A stretch of 64,000 bases of DNA from a virus (Duplodnaviria; Caudoviricetes). Below, piece after piece: positions 9,015-19,665 of this stretch. Below the pieces are notes generated by a model. The model was not told where the DNA came from. It was given only the letters and a program-made list of their open reading frames with translations, and did no database searches. The position numbers were made by a program, and so were the translations under genes. The number at the start of each line of letters is the position of its first letter. The stretch's first letter is position 1. The stretch lies in the IMG/VR virus record IMGVR_UViG_3300044961_000667, one strand, 5' to 3'.

Positions 9015-9445
9015 CGTCGCGGCTTCGCCGGGAGCGCCTCCAGCACCATCGTGCCCTTCACCAGCAGCCCGTCGTGGACGAGCGCCTGCAAGGCACGCCC
9101 GACCGTTTCGGGCACGGTGAATCGCGTGGGCGCCTGGTCTCCCTCGAACTGCACCTGGACGGCGTACCTCTCGTCGAAGCCGAGCGGCGACGTCATGCTG
9201 GGGCCCAGCTTCGCCACGCCGGTGATCCGCCCACGCGCCATCTCCATGTCGTTGCCCTTGGCCGCGAGCCGCGAAGCAGCCTCCCTCATCAGGGCACGGT
9301 GGGCCACGTTGTCGACCTGCCGCTCAGCGGCTTGTTCGAGCGCCTGCGCCAACAGGCCGTTGCTGGCGTCTCGGGCCAGGCCGGCTGCGGCTTCTTCGAG
9401 CTTCCGCTCCGTCACTTCGAGCATCGCTTCTTCGTTCTTGTTCAT
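9011..9445 (-). CDS. Hypothetical protein
   Basis: ATGA-coupled. Confidence 0.55.
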   Translation of the reverse strand: MNKNEEAMLEVTERKLEEAAAGLARDASNGLLAQALEQAAERQVDNVAHRALMREAASRLAAKGNDMEMARGRITGVAKLGPSMTSPLGFDERYAVQVQFEGDQAPTRFTVPETVGRALQALVHDGLLVKGTMVLEALPAKPRR

Positions 9446-9681
9446 GTCGTTTCCACCACCAGCCTGATGCTGGTCCCCAACGGGTAGTGCTTCGGAACGG
9501 TGGCCGGCACCTCCGTCTTGAAGGTGTGCTCCCCGATGCGGAAGCTCATCAGCAGCTTCCCCGACTCCATCGCGTAGCTGGTGATCTCCGCGGCGATGCG
9601 GATCTTCGGAGCATCAGGGCCAATCTGCTCCACCACCACCTGCTTCGGCTTCTCCTGCTTCTTCTCGAACGGCCACATCAC
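9442..9681 (-). CDS. Hypothetical protein
   Basis: Coupled ORF. Confidence 0.5.
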   Translation of the reverse strand: MMWPFEKKQEKPKQVVVEQIGPDAPKIRIAAEITSYAMESGKLLMSFRIGEHTFKTEVPATVPKHYPLGTSIRLVVETT

Positions 9682-9769
9682 GCGAAGCGCTTCATGTGGC
9701 CCCCGTGACTGTGATCGTGCTGCCCCACGGCGTGGCTGTGTCCACGCCCGTTCTTTCTTCCGAACATCG

Positions 9770-10255
9770 TCATCCCTTCCGGCCAGTGTTGGCCGCCATC
9801 ATCACTGCCCGCACCCACTCCACGGGCAAGCTCAACTGCGAGGCGACGTCAGACGCCGTCACCGACTCTTCCATCTCAGCTTGCTCGCGAAGAAACGAGA
9901 TCACCCGTTGCTTCGCCTGGGCTGGCACCGGGCCGATGGGCGTCTCCAGCAGCCCGCCGGCGTCCACCGAGATCACCGGCTCAGGCGCCGCCTGGGCCGC
10001 CGGAGCCCTCACCGCCGCCGTCTTCGGCAACGGCATGCCGACCAGGCTGGCCAACAGCTGCTGGTGCTCGACCAGCAGCGGGGCGAGTTCTGCCTCCAGC
10101 ACCGCGATGTCCGTCTGCGTCTGCGACAGCGTGACTCGCAGTGCGTTCAGCTTCTGCCCCAGCTCCATGATCTGAGCGCCGACCAGCGCGAAGCGTCGGG
10201 GCGCGTCCGCCGCCTGCAAGTCCTTCAGCTTCGTCTCCAGCACCTCAGTACCCAT
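9770..10255 (-). CDS. Coiled-coil protein with possible C-terminal HTH
   Basis: Heptad pattern; TASDVASQLSLPVEWV. Confidence 0.55.
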   Translation of the reverse strand: MGTEVLETKLKDLQAADAPRRFALVGAQIMELGQKLNALRVTLSQTQTDIAVLEAELAPLLVEHQQLLASLVGMPLPKTAAVRAPAAQAAPEPVISVDAGGLLETPIGPVPAQAKQRVISFLREQAEMEESVTASDVASQLSLPVEWVRAVMMAANTGRKG

Positions 10256-10901
10256 GGCAGTCCTCGCAGGTCTCGTCGTCGCAGTGCTCGGCACGCAACG
10301 GCAGGTTGATCTTCTCTCGCGGCGTGGCCGCGTCGTACTTCGCCTTCGCCTTCGCGTCCGCAGCGTCGCAGTCGTCGTGCCGGTTGCAGGTGCGCTTCTT
10401 CGGCTTCACCTCCAGCGGGACGATCAAGTTCGTCACCAGCTCCGCCCCGCAGGCCCTGCAGAACGAGGTGCCGTCAGATCGAAGGTACACCTCGTGCTTC
10501 CCCTGCCGCGCCTCGTGCGGACACGGGCTGTCGGGCTGCAGCAACGGCTTCTGCGCCTCCTTCACGAGCCGAGCGAACGTCGGCGTCAGCTCTCCCAGGA
10601 GGAACTTCCTGGCCGAGTAGCAGATGTCCTTGGTGCAGGTCTCCCACGAGCCGTTGCCGTTGGGGCCGTCGTCGTTGTGGTACGCCTGGTGCGTCGTCTG
10701 CGCCATCCACCGCACCATGTCGCGAGCGCCCTGATCCCACGCCGGCGGCGAAGTCTGCAGCAGCCGCTCCATCAGCGCTGGCGCTGGCGACGGCGTGTGG
10801 AGCACCAGCGGGGCCACCTTCACTCCGCCGACGTACACGCCCTGCACCGAGTTCGGGCAGTCAGGCTCGTGCCCAGTCGTCTTGCATCCGCACGGCGTCA
10901 T
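10245..10901 (-). CDS. Cys/His-rich hypothetical protein
   Basis: Several CxxC/H clusters. Confidence 0.5.
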   Translation of the reverse strand: MTPCGCKTTGHEPDCPNSVQGVYVGGVKVAPLVLHTPSPAPALMERLLQTSPPAWDQGARDMVRWMAQTTHQAYHNDDGPNGNGSWETCTKDICYSARKFLLGELTPTFARLVKEAQKPLLQPDSPCPHEARQGKHEVYLRSDGTSFCRACGAELVTNLIVPLEVKPKKRTCNRHDDCDAADAKAKAKYDAATPREKINLPLRAEHCDDETCEDCHGY

Positions 10902-11395
10902 CCGAACCTCCCCATCAAGTACCCGCCGCCCAGCCCCACCATGAAGGCCACGGCCGTCGAGAGCCACGGCAGGTGGCGACGCACCGTCAGCACCGACGGC
11001 GACACCACCTTCGTCACGACGTACTTCTTCCCGTCGTTCAACTGCAGCACGGTGCCCACTGGGACCCACGCCTCCGTGAAGCCGTGGCCCACCGTCGTGA
11101 TCTCCGCCTTCGCCCACGGCCATCTCATGCGTTTTCTCTCTCTCAAAGACGCTGGCGCCGATGCCGCGGCTGGCTGATCAGCTCTCACTCTTGGGGGTTG
11201 GAGCCTGGAGCGCCGCGTTGCGCGGGCAGTACATGCAGGGCTCCGAGGTCGAGACGCAGACGGACACCCGTCCAGGATGCAGCGTCTCACCGCAGGTGCG
11301 GCACTTCTTCTTGCCATTCTTCTTGGCGCCACGGACACCGGTGCCTTCGCAGTCGGTGCAGGTAGCGAGCTGCAGGTGAGGACACTCCATGAACA

Positions 11396-11947
11396 TCAGC
11401 GGGGCTCCCAGTGTGACTCGTTGTCGTCCTTCGTCGTCTTCACGCCGAACTTCGCCTCGCGTTGGGCGATGAGGCCGTCGTACAGCTTCAGAGCCTCGTC
11501 CTTGGTGGGCGGGCGGCCGACGCGCTTGCCGTCACCACGGACGACAGGCGGCTCGCCAACAGGCAGCTGCCCCTTCACGGGGTTGAACAGCATGCAGCGG
11601 TAGAAGCAGCCGCTGTGGCCCTGGTCGAACGAATCCGGCTTGAAGCGACCGCGATCGAAGGGGCAGGTGGCCTGCTTCGGCGGGTCGCGAGGGGAGCTTC
11701 GCCCGGCTTTGACCTGCTCCGGGAAGACGTGATCGTTCACGTCGGGGTAGCTGCGGGCGTCGTCGGTGCACAGGCCCCACGAGGCGTGCGTGTGCTTGTC
11801 GCCGATGGTGTTGCTGTCATCGAGATCGAGCGGCAGCCCAGCAGCGATGCGCCCGCGGATTCGCCGCAGCGTGTCCTGGTAGCGCCCCTCACCCATCTCC
11901 GGGTTGATGGGCGTGTCGAACACCGTGCGGCGCCTCGTGTCTTCCAT
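11396..11947 (-). CDS. Hypothetical protein
   Basis: AAGGAG RBS, ATG 11947. Confidence 0.6.
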   Translation of the reverse strand: MEDTRRRTVFDTPINPEMGEGRYQDTLRRIRGRIAAGLPLDLDDSNTIGDKHTHASWGLCTDDARSYPDVNDHVFPEQVKAGRSSPRDPPKQATCPFDRGRFKPDSFDQGHSGCFYRCMLFNPVKGQLPVGEPPVVRGDGKRVGRPPTKDEALKLYDGLIAQREAKFGVKTTKDDNESHWEPR

Positions 11948-12434
11948 GGACGTCTCCTTGTCTACCCTTTGTCGTGTTTCGTCAAGTGGTCTTGACGCAG
12001 CTTGCGGACGTGCTTGCCCACGGCATTCGTGATGTTCAGCAGCGCGTTCGCCTGGCCTCGGGCCAGGTAGTCGTCGAGACGGCTCTCCAGCTCCCAGCAC
12101 GGGTTGCATCGCTGCGTGCCGTACTGATCGATGGGGATCGTCGCACCGCAGGTGGCGCAGACGAGCGTGGCGCCAGAGCACTCCGGGCACGGGCCTGTCG
12201 GCTGGCCTGGGCCTGCGTCCGGCGGCACCCGCTTCGTGTCGTTGCAGGTGACGCAGGTCACTTGAGCACCGGGAGCGCGATCGACTGGGCGGCGGCATTG
12301 CCGGCAGCCACCAAGAGCGGGGCACCGACGGGACAGAGATCGAACGGATGATCGCGGCACTGCTTGCACACGTCGAGGTGCGCGTGGAACTTCTCGATCT
12401 CCGCCTCAGCCTTCTTCTGCGCTTCATTCATGGA

Positions 12435-13094
12435 TCAGTCCTTCAGCACCTTGTTCACCTTCAGGAACAGCTCGTGCGAGTCCTTGCTCAGCTGCTCCAG
12501 CGGGGCCGGCAAGACAGGGGCGGTGAGGTACTCCATCAGCGACGCAGGGGCGTTCTTGCCGAACGGCAGGACGTGAGGATCGACCTCGACGAGCTGCTGC
12601 AGCAACACCTTGCGGTGCGTCACGACGAAGACGGCCTCCGTCTTCGTCGGCAGAGCCGAGACGAAGTCGGCGATGGCCTTGCCCACGCCCGCGGCGTAGC
12701 GATCCGAGAGGCCGGTGTCCGGCTCGTCCCAGAACACCATGTGCGGCGTCTCCCGGCCCTGGGCCGTGCGGATGGCCGTCGAGACCGTCATCGCCGAGTT
12801 CGCCCCGGTCGAGCTGGTGTGCTCGTCGCCGTACACGAAACCGCGCATCGCCCCCATGAAGCCGCCGGCACGGCCCTCCATCGACAGGCCGATCAGCTCG
12901 ATGTCGCGCTTGTCGGCCTTATTGCGGCAGTACGCGCCCACCGCACGACGGAACAGCGACTTGCCGGTGGCGTTCTCCCCGACGATGACGGCCAGCGGCG
13001 ACTTGCTGGCCACCCAGCGCACGTGCAGGCCGGTCACCTCGGAGTCAAACAGCTGCCGATCCAGACACCACTTGATGCAGTCGTTCGTCTTCAT
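12435..13094 (-). CDS. ABC-type P-loop ATPase
   Basis: Walker A GENATGKS; Walker B/D-loop [11 protein letters not shown]; VVTH switch. Confidence 0.85.
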   Translation of the reverse strand: MKTNDCIKWCLDRQLFDSEVTGLHVRWVASKSPLAVIVGENATGKSLFRRAVGAYCRNKADKRDIELIGLSMEGRAGGFMGAMRGFVYGDEHTSSTGANSAMTVSTAIRTAQGRETPHMVFWDEPDTGLSDRYAAGVGKAIADFVSALPTKTEAVFVVTHRKVLLQQLVEVDPHVLPFGKNAPASLMEYLTAPVLPAPLEQLSKDSHELFLKVNKVLKD

Positions 13095-13442
13095 CGAGCT
13101 TCCTCCAGTGAGACGCCCTTCCTTGTCACCTTCGCCTTCATGTCGGCGGTGCCTCTCCCTCCGGGAAACGCGACGGCAAGATCCGGCAGCCCCTCATCCA
13201 GCATCTGCTGGTTGCGACGAGGACCTGCGCTCTTCCCGAACTTTCCCAGTCGGCCTCGAAGACGCGAACGGGAATGCCACGCTTCTTGGCCCACGCGCCG
13301 CTCAGTCGCCTGGCGCCCCTCCGTGGATCAGAAGCCCGAACGGGCGACGAGCGTGCAGTCGGTCCAGGGTTTCATCCATCAGTCGCTCGTCCGAGAAGTC
13401 GCGACCGCCGAACACCAACACCGTGAAGACGGCAGGGCTCAT
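13091..13442 (-). pseudogene. SLOG/DUF2493-like protein, frame-disrupted (probably sequence errors)
   Basis: [17 protein letters not shown], then [17 protein letters not shown] and [20 protein letters not shown] in three different frames. Confidence 0.7.
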
Positions 13443-13696
13443 GCGGGGCGTCCACCCGGCTTCGTCAGATCCTCGGGCTTCACCAAGCTGACGAGGACGT
13501 GATTCTTCTCCTCGATGCACCGCTGCTTCTTCAGCAGCTCGATGCACGACTGGTACTGCTGCAGCGTCAACACGCCAGTGACGTAGGCGTACAGGACGCC
13601 GGACGGCACGCCTTCCGGGCCCGCTGCGTGAATCGCCTGGAAGATCGTGAGCAGCACCTTCGCCGCGGAACCAACCTCCTCGCTCGTCACCTTCAC
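13439..13696 (-). CDS. Small winged-helix-like hypothetical protein
   Basis: GVPSGVLYA...QYQSCIELLK. Confidence 0.55.
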   Translation of the reverse strand: MKVTSEEVGSAAKVLLTIFQAIHAAGPEGVPSGVLYAYVTGVLTLQQYQSCIELLKKQRCIEEKNHVLVSLVKPEDLTKPGGRPA

Positions 13697-13896
13697 GTGT
13701 CCTCCTTGGCCTTCTGCACGGCGGCAACCACCGAGGGCTCCGCGTCAGGATGGGCGACGAAGCGCTCATCCTTCAGACTGGGGACGCTCCAGCTGAACGA
13801 CTCGGGCTTCGGGTGCTCGGTGTTCTCGCCGGTGATGCTGTAGCGGTACCACTCGCCCTTGCCGGCATCCTTCAGCGTCTTGATGAGCCACGACAT
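13693..13896 (-). CDS. Hypothetical protein
   Basis: Coupled ORF. Confidence 0.5.
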   Translation of the reverse strand: MSWLIKTLKDAGKGEWYRYSITGENTEHPKPESFSWSVPSLKDERFVAHPDAEPSVVAAVQKAKEDT

Positions 13897-13899
13897 CGG

Positions 13900-14163
13900 C
13901 TACCCCACCTTCGCGTTGCGCTTCGTCCACTCCTGCTCGTTCACCTCGACGTACCCGTTCCAGTGGGCGTCGATGCGCTTGCGGTCGACCGCGCCGCTGT
14001 CATCCAGCAGGTCCACCCGGTGCTCGCCGAAGAGCCCACCGGAGAAGACCGCCTGCTTCGCCTGGTGGTCGAAGTCCATCCGCAACCGGAGGTCTCCGGT
14101 CCAGCGGGCCTGCACTTCGTCGTAGTGCACGTTGCCGACGTACTTCGCCTGACGGAATTCCAT
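13900..14163 (-). CDS. Hypothetical protein
   Basis: GGAGG RBS. Confidence 0.55.
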   Translation of the reverse strand: MEFRQAKYVGNVHYDEVQARWTGDLRLRMDFDHQAKQAVFSGGLFGEHRVDLLDDSGAVDRKRIDAHWNGYVEVNEQEWTKRNAKVG

Positions 14164-14205
14164 GTGCTGCCTCCTTGAAGTCCCCATGGGTTTGGGGATT
14201 CTTCA

Positions 14206-14234
14206 AAGCTACCAGCAGCCTACTGGTTCGTCAA
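14206..14234 (-). promoter_or_regulatory. Sigma70-like promoter
   Basis: TTGACG-N17-TAGCTT with TGn extended -10. Confidence 0.6.
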
Positions 14235-14250
14235 GAGGAAAACGACGGGC

Positions 14251-15207
14251 TTACAGCGACAGCTGCAGGGTCATCTGCCCCGTGGCGATGGGCAACGTCC
14301 CGATGCGCTGGAGCAGGTAGCCGTTGACTCCCGTGATGCTGCCCGGCGGGTTCAGGCACGAGCCCTGGTTCCAGCGGCTGTACTTCCAGGCGACCAGGTT
14401 GGCCATCGTCGACGTCACCACGTACGCGGTCTGCCCGAAGACGAGCGTCTCGCCCGGCCGGTGCGTCGTCGTGTACTTCGGCACGTTCGGATCGGAGTCG
14501 GAGCAGCCGGTGCCGCTGAAGAACCAGATCACCTCGTCGTTGACGATCATCGCCGTCCGACGCTGGTAGGTGACGAGCACGCGGTAGGTGCCGACCTGCA
14601 ACACCGTCGTCACCGTCCCGAGGGCGTTCGCCCCCGAAGAGTCGGCGTTCATCGGGTCCGGCAGCGTGTACGAGACGACCGGGCCGATGATCGCCCCCGA
14701 GCCGTCCTGCGTGAAGAGGTGGTTCGGCCCGGCGGGACCTGCAGGACCAACAGGCCCCTGCGGACCAGTCGCGCCAGTCGCGCCCGTTGCGCCGGTCGCT
14801 CCCGTTGCGCCGGTGGCCCCGGTTGCTCCAGTCGCCCCGGTTGCTCCAGTCGGGCCAACATCACCGCGGGGGCCAGTCGCTCCGGGCATTCCGGGCGGCC
14901 CCTGCAGCCCCATCGGGCCCTGCACGCCCTGGATGCCCTGCGGCCCCTGCTGCCCCGGCGCCCCGTCGAGACCAGGAGGCCCCTGCAGGCCCTGCGGTCC
15001 CTGTGGACCGACTTCTCCGCGTGGCCCCTGCGGACCGGCGTCCCCCTGCGGACCTCGCGGCCCCTGCGGGCCCTGTGGGCCGGCGGGACCAGTCGGCCCC
15101 ACCTCACAGGCGGGGCTGCACGACGCGTCTTCTGCGACCGGCGTCAGCTGCTGACACCCAACCAACATCGACACTGCCAGACATGCGAATGCGATCTGCC
15201 GTTTCAT
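14251..15207 (-). CDS. Collagen-like lipoprotein
   Basis: MKR..hydrophobic..LVGC lipobox; long G-X-Y run including GATGATGAT; globular C-terminus. Confidence 0.8.
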   Translation of the reverse strand: MKRQIAFACLAVSMLVGCQQLTPVAEDASCSPACEVGPTGPAGPQGPQGPRGPQGDAGPQGPRGEVGPQGPQGLQGPPGLDGAPGQQGPQGIQGVQGPMGLQGPPGMPGATGPRGDVGPTGATGATGATGATGATGATGATGATGATGPQGPVGPAGPAGPNHLFTQDGSGAIIGPVVSYTLPDPMNADSSGANALGTVTTVLQVGTYRVLVTYQRRTAMIVNDEVIWFFSGTGCSDSDPNVPKYTTTHRPGETLVFGQTAYVVTSTMANLVAWKYSRWNQGSCLNPPGSITGVNGYLLQRIGTLPIATGQMTLQLSL

Positions 15208-15249
15208 GGTGTGGCCTCCTTTGGATCCCAAGTTCTTTGGGATGCTTAG

Positions 15250-15279
15250 AAACTAGCAGCAGTCCTCTCCGTTCGTCAA
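15250..15279 (-). promoter_or_regulatory. Sigma70-like promoter
   Basis: TTGACG-N18-TAGTTT. Confidence 0.55.
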
Positions 15280-15284
15280 GAGGA

Positions 15285-15599
15285 CTACGCCCGGCGGACG
15301 TCGTCCACCGTGAAAGGCCACTTCCCCTCTCCCTTGTGCACCACGGTCAGGATGGTGCCGACCTTGATGGGCACGCCGACCGGGATGTCGATCTCGGTCA
15401 CCATGCCGTTGCTCCAGTACATCTCGAAGCCTTCCTCGTCGCAGTCCAGCACGCCGGTGTGCAGCTTGCCGTCCCAGCTCCCCTCAAACAGCCAGGGTTG
15501 GATGCCGCCCTCGTCGATGACGTTCTGGGCGTCAGCCGGGTAGTAGACCGTGAGATCGTCGCCGTCCGGCGCCCGCATGTGTACCCGCAACATGGCCAC
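15285..15599 (-). CDS. Hypothetical protein
   Basis: ORF with RBS. Confidence 0.55.
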   Translation of the reverse strand: MAMLRVHMRAPDGDDLTVYYPADAQNVIDEGGIQPWLFEGSWDGKLHTGVLDCDEEGFEMYWSNGMVTEIDIPVGVPIKVGTILTVVHKGEGKWPFTVDDVRRA

Positions 15600-15618
15600 C
15601 TTCTACCCGGAAACCGGC

Positions 15619-15633
15619 GTGCAATCGATTGCG
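15619..15633. repeat. GTGCAATCGATTGCG palindrome copy
   Basis: Exact 15-mer, intergenic. Confidence 0.8.
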
Positions 15634-15637
15634 TGCT

Positions 15638-15901
15638 TCACTGATCCTTGGGCTTCGCAGGACTGACGCCAGTCCGTAGCTGTGGACGGTTCTTCCCGTC
15701 CAGCCACCAGACGTCGATCGGCTCGTACCCCACGCCAGGCAGGCGATCGATGCGCCGCATGCCGCACCGGCACTCCCGGTACTTGTAGCGTCCCGTCGTC
15801 CGCTTCGTGACGTACCAGTGCACGTGCAGGACGTCGATCAGCCCAGCGATCAAGTCCATCACCCTCAAGCCTACCCTTCGCCTGGCGATCATCTCCATCA
15901 T
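15638..15901 (-). CDS. Hypothetical protein
   Basis: LHVHWY...ECRCGM motif. Confidence 0.5.
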   Translation of the reverse strand: MMEMIARRRVGLRVMDLIAGLIDVLHVHWYVTKRTTGRYKYRECRCGMRRIDRLPGVGYEPIDVWWLDGKNRPQLRTGVSPAKPKDQ

Positions 15902-17033
15902 GCGGTTTTCGCCTCATCACTCCCCGCCTGGCGATGCCCCTCCTGGGGATCGATCGACTCGCCTTGGGGTTGGGAGATCGAAGCGGCGAGGTTCTCCATG
16001 GCGTACCGCATGGCCCTGGTGGCGTCCCGGCTGACGCCGACACCTCTCCCGCCGAGCTGTTCCACGGTGACGATGCAGGTCCAGAACATGGCTCCGCCGA
16101 CGGAGGCCGCGGGTGCGTGGTGGAACTGCACGTTCATCGGCGTCGTGACGTTGCAGTGGTTCGGCAGGCGCATCACTTCTCCTTGTCGGGTACGACGAAG
16201 TTGAACTTCACGAACTCGATGGGCTTGGGCGGTACGATCGTCCTGTCCACCACCAGATCGCCATCCAGCCGCTGCTTCACCAGATCGCGCACCAGTGCAC
16301 CGCGGACGACGTCCACCCTGACGATCGCATCGCAGTCCACGCAGACGGTGCTGCGGTTCTTGTCGCCTTCCTGGAAGCGAGTGTGCGGGCACGTGTCGGG
16401 ATCGAGCCGCCAGACGCCGTTGCATCGGCCCCAGAGTCGACCGCACGCACGGCAACGGATCAGCGTTGCGCTGATCTCCCAGGCTGACTGCTGACAAGCA
16501 CACCGCTCGTCTGACGGATCGAAGCCCATGTTCCACCCCCAAGTGGACTGCCACTTCCGAAGGGCGTCAGCGCGACTTGCCCTTGAACGACACCGAGGCG
16601 ACCGGCAGCTTGCCATCCTGCGCCGCCTTCAGCACGTCGCCGACGCTCATCCGGCTGGGCCCCTGAACGCCGGCCGTCAGCAGCTCGATGAACTTGAGCA
16701 CCTGCGGCGTCGCGTCGTGCGACTCGTCCACCTCAGGCGTCTTCGGCTGCTTCTTCTTCTCCTCGCAGCACTTCTCGCAGAGATCCCCGTTGCAGTCGGT
16801 GCACGGGTACCACGTGGCTCCCGGCTGCAGGTACTTCGCGATGGGCGTGCGGCACGAGGCGCACACCAACGGCGGCTGGGTGCGCTTGGGCGGCTCCGCC
16901 TTGCTCTCGGGCCACGGCCGGCACCAACCGCACGGCTCCGTCTTGAACTTGTACTTGCCGCACTTGCCGCAGATCGCCTTGTCGCAGGCTCCGTCTGCGT
17001 GTTGATCGCACGGCTTGTCGGGAACGTCAGCCA

Positions 17034-17477
17034 TCACGCCTCTCCGTACTTCTGCTGGAGGCGCTTCAGCTCCTGTCGCTCCCGAGCTTCGAGGTCGACG
17101 GCCACCCGGCCCTGGTACATCTCGCGGAGGCCGGACGTACTGAGCCACGCGCGGATCGCCCGCTCGACGTCGCAGTGCGTGAAGCGGGGATCGCCGCACG
17201 GCTGGAACTCCATCGCGTTCTTGATCCAGGCCAGCTTCTTTCGATCGCTGCTGAACCAGACGTCGAAGAAGCCACCCATGTCGTACTCGGCGATGTGGTG
17301 GAACATGTTCGACAGCTTCGAGTACAGCTCCTTGTTCCACTTCTTCGGGCTGAAGTCCGAGAGGACGAAGTCGGCCAGGGCCTGCGCGGTCTTCATCTTC
17401 CCCTCCGCGGTGTACGTCGCGTTGTAGACCTTCTCGTACGAGACAAACTGGCTGACATCAAACTCGGGCTTCATCAT
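17034..17477 (-). CDS. Conserved phage hypothetical protein
   Basis: LYSKLSNMFHHIAEYDMGGFFDVWF motif. Confidence 0.65.
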   Translation of the reverse strand: MMKPEFDVSQFVSYEKVYNATYTAEGKMKTAQALADFVLSDFSPKKWNKELYSKLSNMFHHIAEYDMGGFFDVWFSSDRKKLAWIKNAMEFQPCGDPRFTHCDVERAIRAWLSTSGLREMYQGRVAVDLEARERQELKRLQQKYGEA

Positions 17478-17807
17478 CGTCCTTTCTTCCAGAACACCAA
17501 CATTCACATCCGTCGCAACCGCCTTCGTGAGATCGATCGCCTCTCTAGTCGCAGACACGTCCGGCACGGCGTCGCGGCTCCAACCGGCAACCACGCGCCC
17601 CCGCGCACCATGCCACACTCCGAGATGTGAGCCGGCCGCCCCTCCAACAACATCACACGGTGAGCCCGCCCGGTTGTGCCAACCTGTCTCCAAACGTACT
17701 GATTCACGATACGCCTCTCCCCGTAAGCGACACCCGTAGCACCAGCGACTGGCCACGTAGCCGAGCAACCCCCGCTTCATCTTGAGGGTCCTTCGTGAAG
17801 TTGGTCG

Positions 17808-18065
17808 TCACCGCGTCCACTTGGGACGCTTCGGGTTGTCCCCTCGCTTCGACCACTTCGCAGCAGCGTTCATCTTGCCGGCGAACTCCTTCGCGTACTC
17901 CAAGGCCAGCTCGTTGCCAGGCTTGGCCACGGCGACCACCAGCACGAAGGGATGCCCTTCGGGTGTCGTGAAGCCTTCCAGCATGAGAGCCGAGCCCTCC
18001 TGCTTCACCTTCGTCACCAGCGTGTCGACGGTGGTGTGCCGCACCTGCTCCCAGGCGTCGCTCAT
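17808..18065 (-). CDS. Hypothetical protein
   Basis: Coupled ORF. Confidence 0.5.
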   Translation of the reverse strand: MSDAWEQVRHTTVDTLVTKVKQEGSALMLEGFTTPEGHPFVLVVAVAKPGNELALEYAKEFAGKMNAAAKWSKRGDNPKRPKWTR

Positions 18066-18382
18066 CCGCGGGCCTCGTCGGGGTGCTGATCGCAGTTGCC
18101 ATCGGCGTTGGTGTCACGCTCGCAGCACGGGCCACCGTCGGGCGGCTTCTCCGTGTTCGCGATGAAGTCCGTCATGCCGCCATCACCGAGGACGCCGGCG
18201 TGGAGCTGGTCGCGCAGCATGTACAGGCGCACCGGGTAGCTGCCATCGCCCAGCACCTCCTGGAGGCGCTTCGTCACCAGCTTCTGCGCCAGCTTCACGG
18301 TGGTGGCCTTCACGACGCCGTGATCCAAAGGATCGCCGTCGTCGTCGATCTCCTTCACTCGGTACAGCCACAGCCTCATCAT
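18062..18382 (-). CDS. Hypothetical protein
   Basis: Coupled ORF. Confidence 0.5.
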   Translation of the reverse strand: MMRLWLYRVKEIDDDGDPLDHGVVKATTVKLAQKLVTKRLQEVLGDGSYPVRLYMLRDQLHAGVLGDGGMTDFIANTEKPPDGGPCCERDTNADGNCDQHPDEARG

Positions 18383-18392
18383 GATCGACCTT

Positions 18393-18842
18393 TCAGACGG
18401 GCGGGACGCCCGACTTCCAGAAGGAGTTGATCCCTCGCACGTTCTTCTCCTTCTCCTTCGGTTGCACCCGGAAGTTCTTCGACTTCAGGAACTCCAGCGT
18501 CTCGCGGTACTTCTCCTTCGTGTGGTGCACCAGCTCCTGCAACTCCTCCACGTAGAAGGTGGTCCGCTCCTCCTCCTGCAGGTACTGGATGAACGAGTAC
18601 ACGCTCCGGAACTCCTCCGGGAGCTCGTTGAACTGCCAGATGCCTTCACCGTCCAGGAAGAGGTCGCCCTCCTCCTGCATTCGATCCGCCGCCACCCGGC
18701 ATTCCTGGCATTCAGCGCCGAGTCGACCGAGCTGAGTGGCGTGCTCCTTGTCCGACACATCCGGATTCGGCGAGCGCCCGATGTAGACGCAGAGGACGTG
18801 GGTGAATCCCGCGGGCCGTATGTGAATGGGCTTCGAGGACAT
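18393..18842 (-). CDS. Hypothetical protein
   Basis: Directly behind a promoter. Confidence 0.6.
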   Translation of the reverse strand: MSSKPIHIRPAGFTHVLCVYIGRSPNPDVSDKEHATQLGRLGAECQECRVAADRMQEEGDLFLDGEGIWQFNELPEEFRSVYSFIQYLQEEERTTFYVEELQELVHHTKEKYRETLEFLKSKNFRVQPKEKEKNVRGINSFWKSGVPPV

Positions 18843-18847
18843 GCTTC

Positions 18848-18876
18848 ATACTGGCAGCGTTCACTCGTTTCGTCAA
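18848..18876 (-). promoter_or_regulatory. Sigma70-like promoter
   Basis: TTGACG-N17-CAGTAT. Confidence 0.5.
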
Positions 18877-18985
18877 GAGACGAGCGTTCCTCGCGTGCGT
18901 TTTTTCTCTCTCACATCCGCTGGCGGCGATGCCGCGGCTTGCTGATCGGCTCTCGTCTCAGTGGGTGGGAGGACGAGACGTCGCA

Positions 18986-19228
18986 TCAGTCGTCCAGACT
19001 GGCCTGCAGGCTTCGCTTGGCGTCACGGTGGGCGGCCACCTGCAAGTACGTCATCTGCAGATTCTGAAGGCAGCCCAGCATGTGGATGTTCTGGATGCCT
19101 CCACCTTGGCGCATCAGCACGGCCAGGAAGTCAGCCTCCTTCTTGAACTCCGCCTCCAGCATCTCCAAGCGGAAGTCGAGGAGCGACTTCACCTCGGGCT
19201 TCTGCTTGTCCTTCTTCTTCTTGGCCAT
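18986..19228 (-). CDS. Hypothetical protein
   Basis: GAGGAGG RBS. Confidence 0.6.
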   Translation of the reverse strand: MAKKKKDKQKPEVKSLLDFRLEMLEAEFKKEADFLAVLMRQGGGIQNIHMLGCLQNLQMTYLQVAAHRDAKRSLQASLDD

Positions 19229-19237
19229 GGTGCCTCC

Positions 19238-19639
19238 TCAGTCGTAGCCGTACGTCTTGGACAGCGGCTTCTTCTTCAGGCCGACAGCCCACTTCAGGGA
19301 GTCGATGGCGCACGAGAGTTCAGCCTTCGTCTCGTACGTGGCGCCGGCGGCCATGGCCTCCAGCCTGCGGATCTCGTCGATCAGCAGCGACATCGACTTC
19401 GGGTGCGCACCGCGGCAGATGCACTGGCACCGCTTGTCAGGGCACACCAGCGAGGATCCGTACTCCGGGGCACCTCGGCTGCTGTGCTGGCCCTGGCTGC
19501 AGTTGGCGCAGATCACCTGGGTCCTCTTGCCGACAGGGCAGTCGGGGCCGTGCGGATCGTTCGGGTTGCTACCGCACGATTCGCAGAACCCCGCCTTCTT
19601 CACCGAGATGACTCGGCCCTTCAGCTTCTTCGCTGCCAT
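19238..19639 (-). CDS. Cys-rich hypothetical protein
   Basis: GGAGGAG RBS; several CxxC. Confidence 0.6.
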   Translation of the reverse strand: MAAKKLKGRVISVKKAGFCESCGSNPNDPHGPDCPVGKRTQVICANCSQGQHSSRGAPEYGSSLVCPDKRCQCICRGAHPKSMSLLIDEIRRLEAMAAGATYETKAELSCAIDSLKWAVGLKKKPLSKTYGYD

Positions 19640-19650
19640 GGGACTCCTCC

Positions 19651-19665
19651 GTGCAATCGATTGCG
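19651..19665. repeat. GTGCAATCGATTGCG palindrome copy
   Basis: Exact 15-mer abutting an RBS. Confidence 0.8.

Noticed and set aside
14640-15110. Short tandem repeats as a CRISPR array or VNTR
   Set aside because: They are collagen G-X-Y codons; no repeat-spacer structure and no cas genes.
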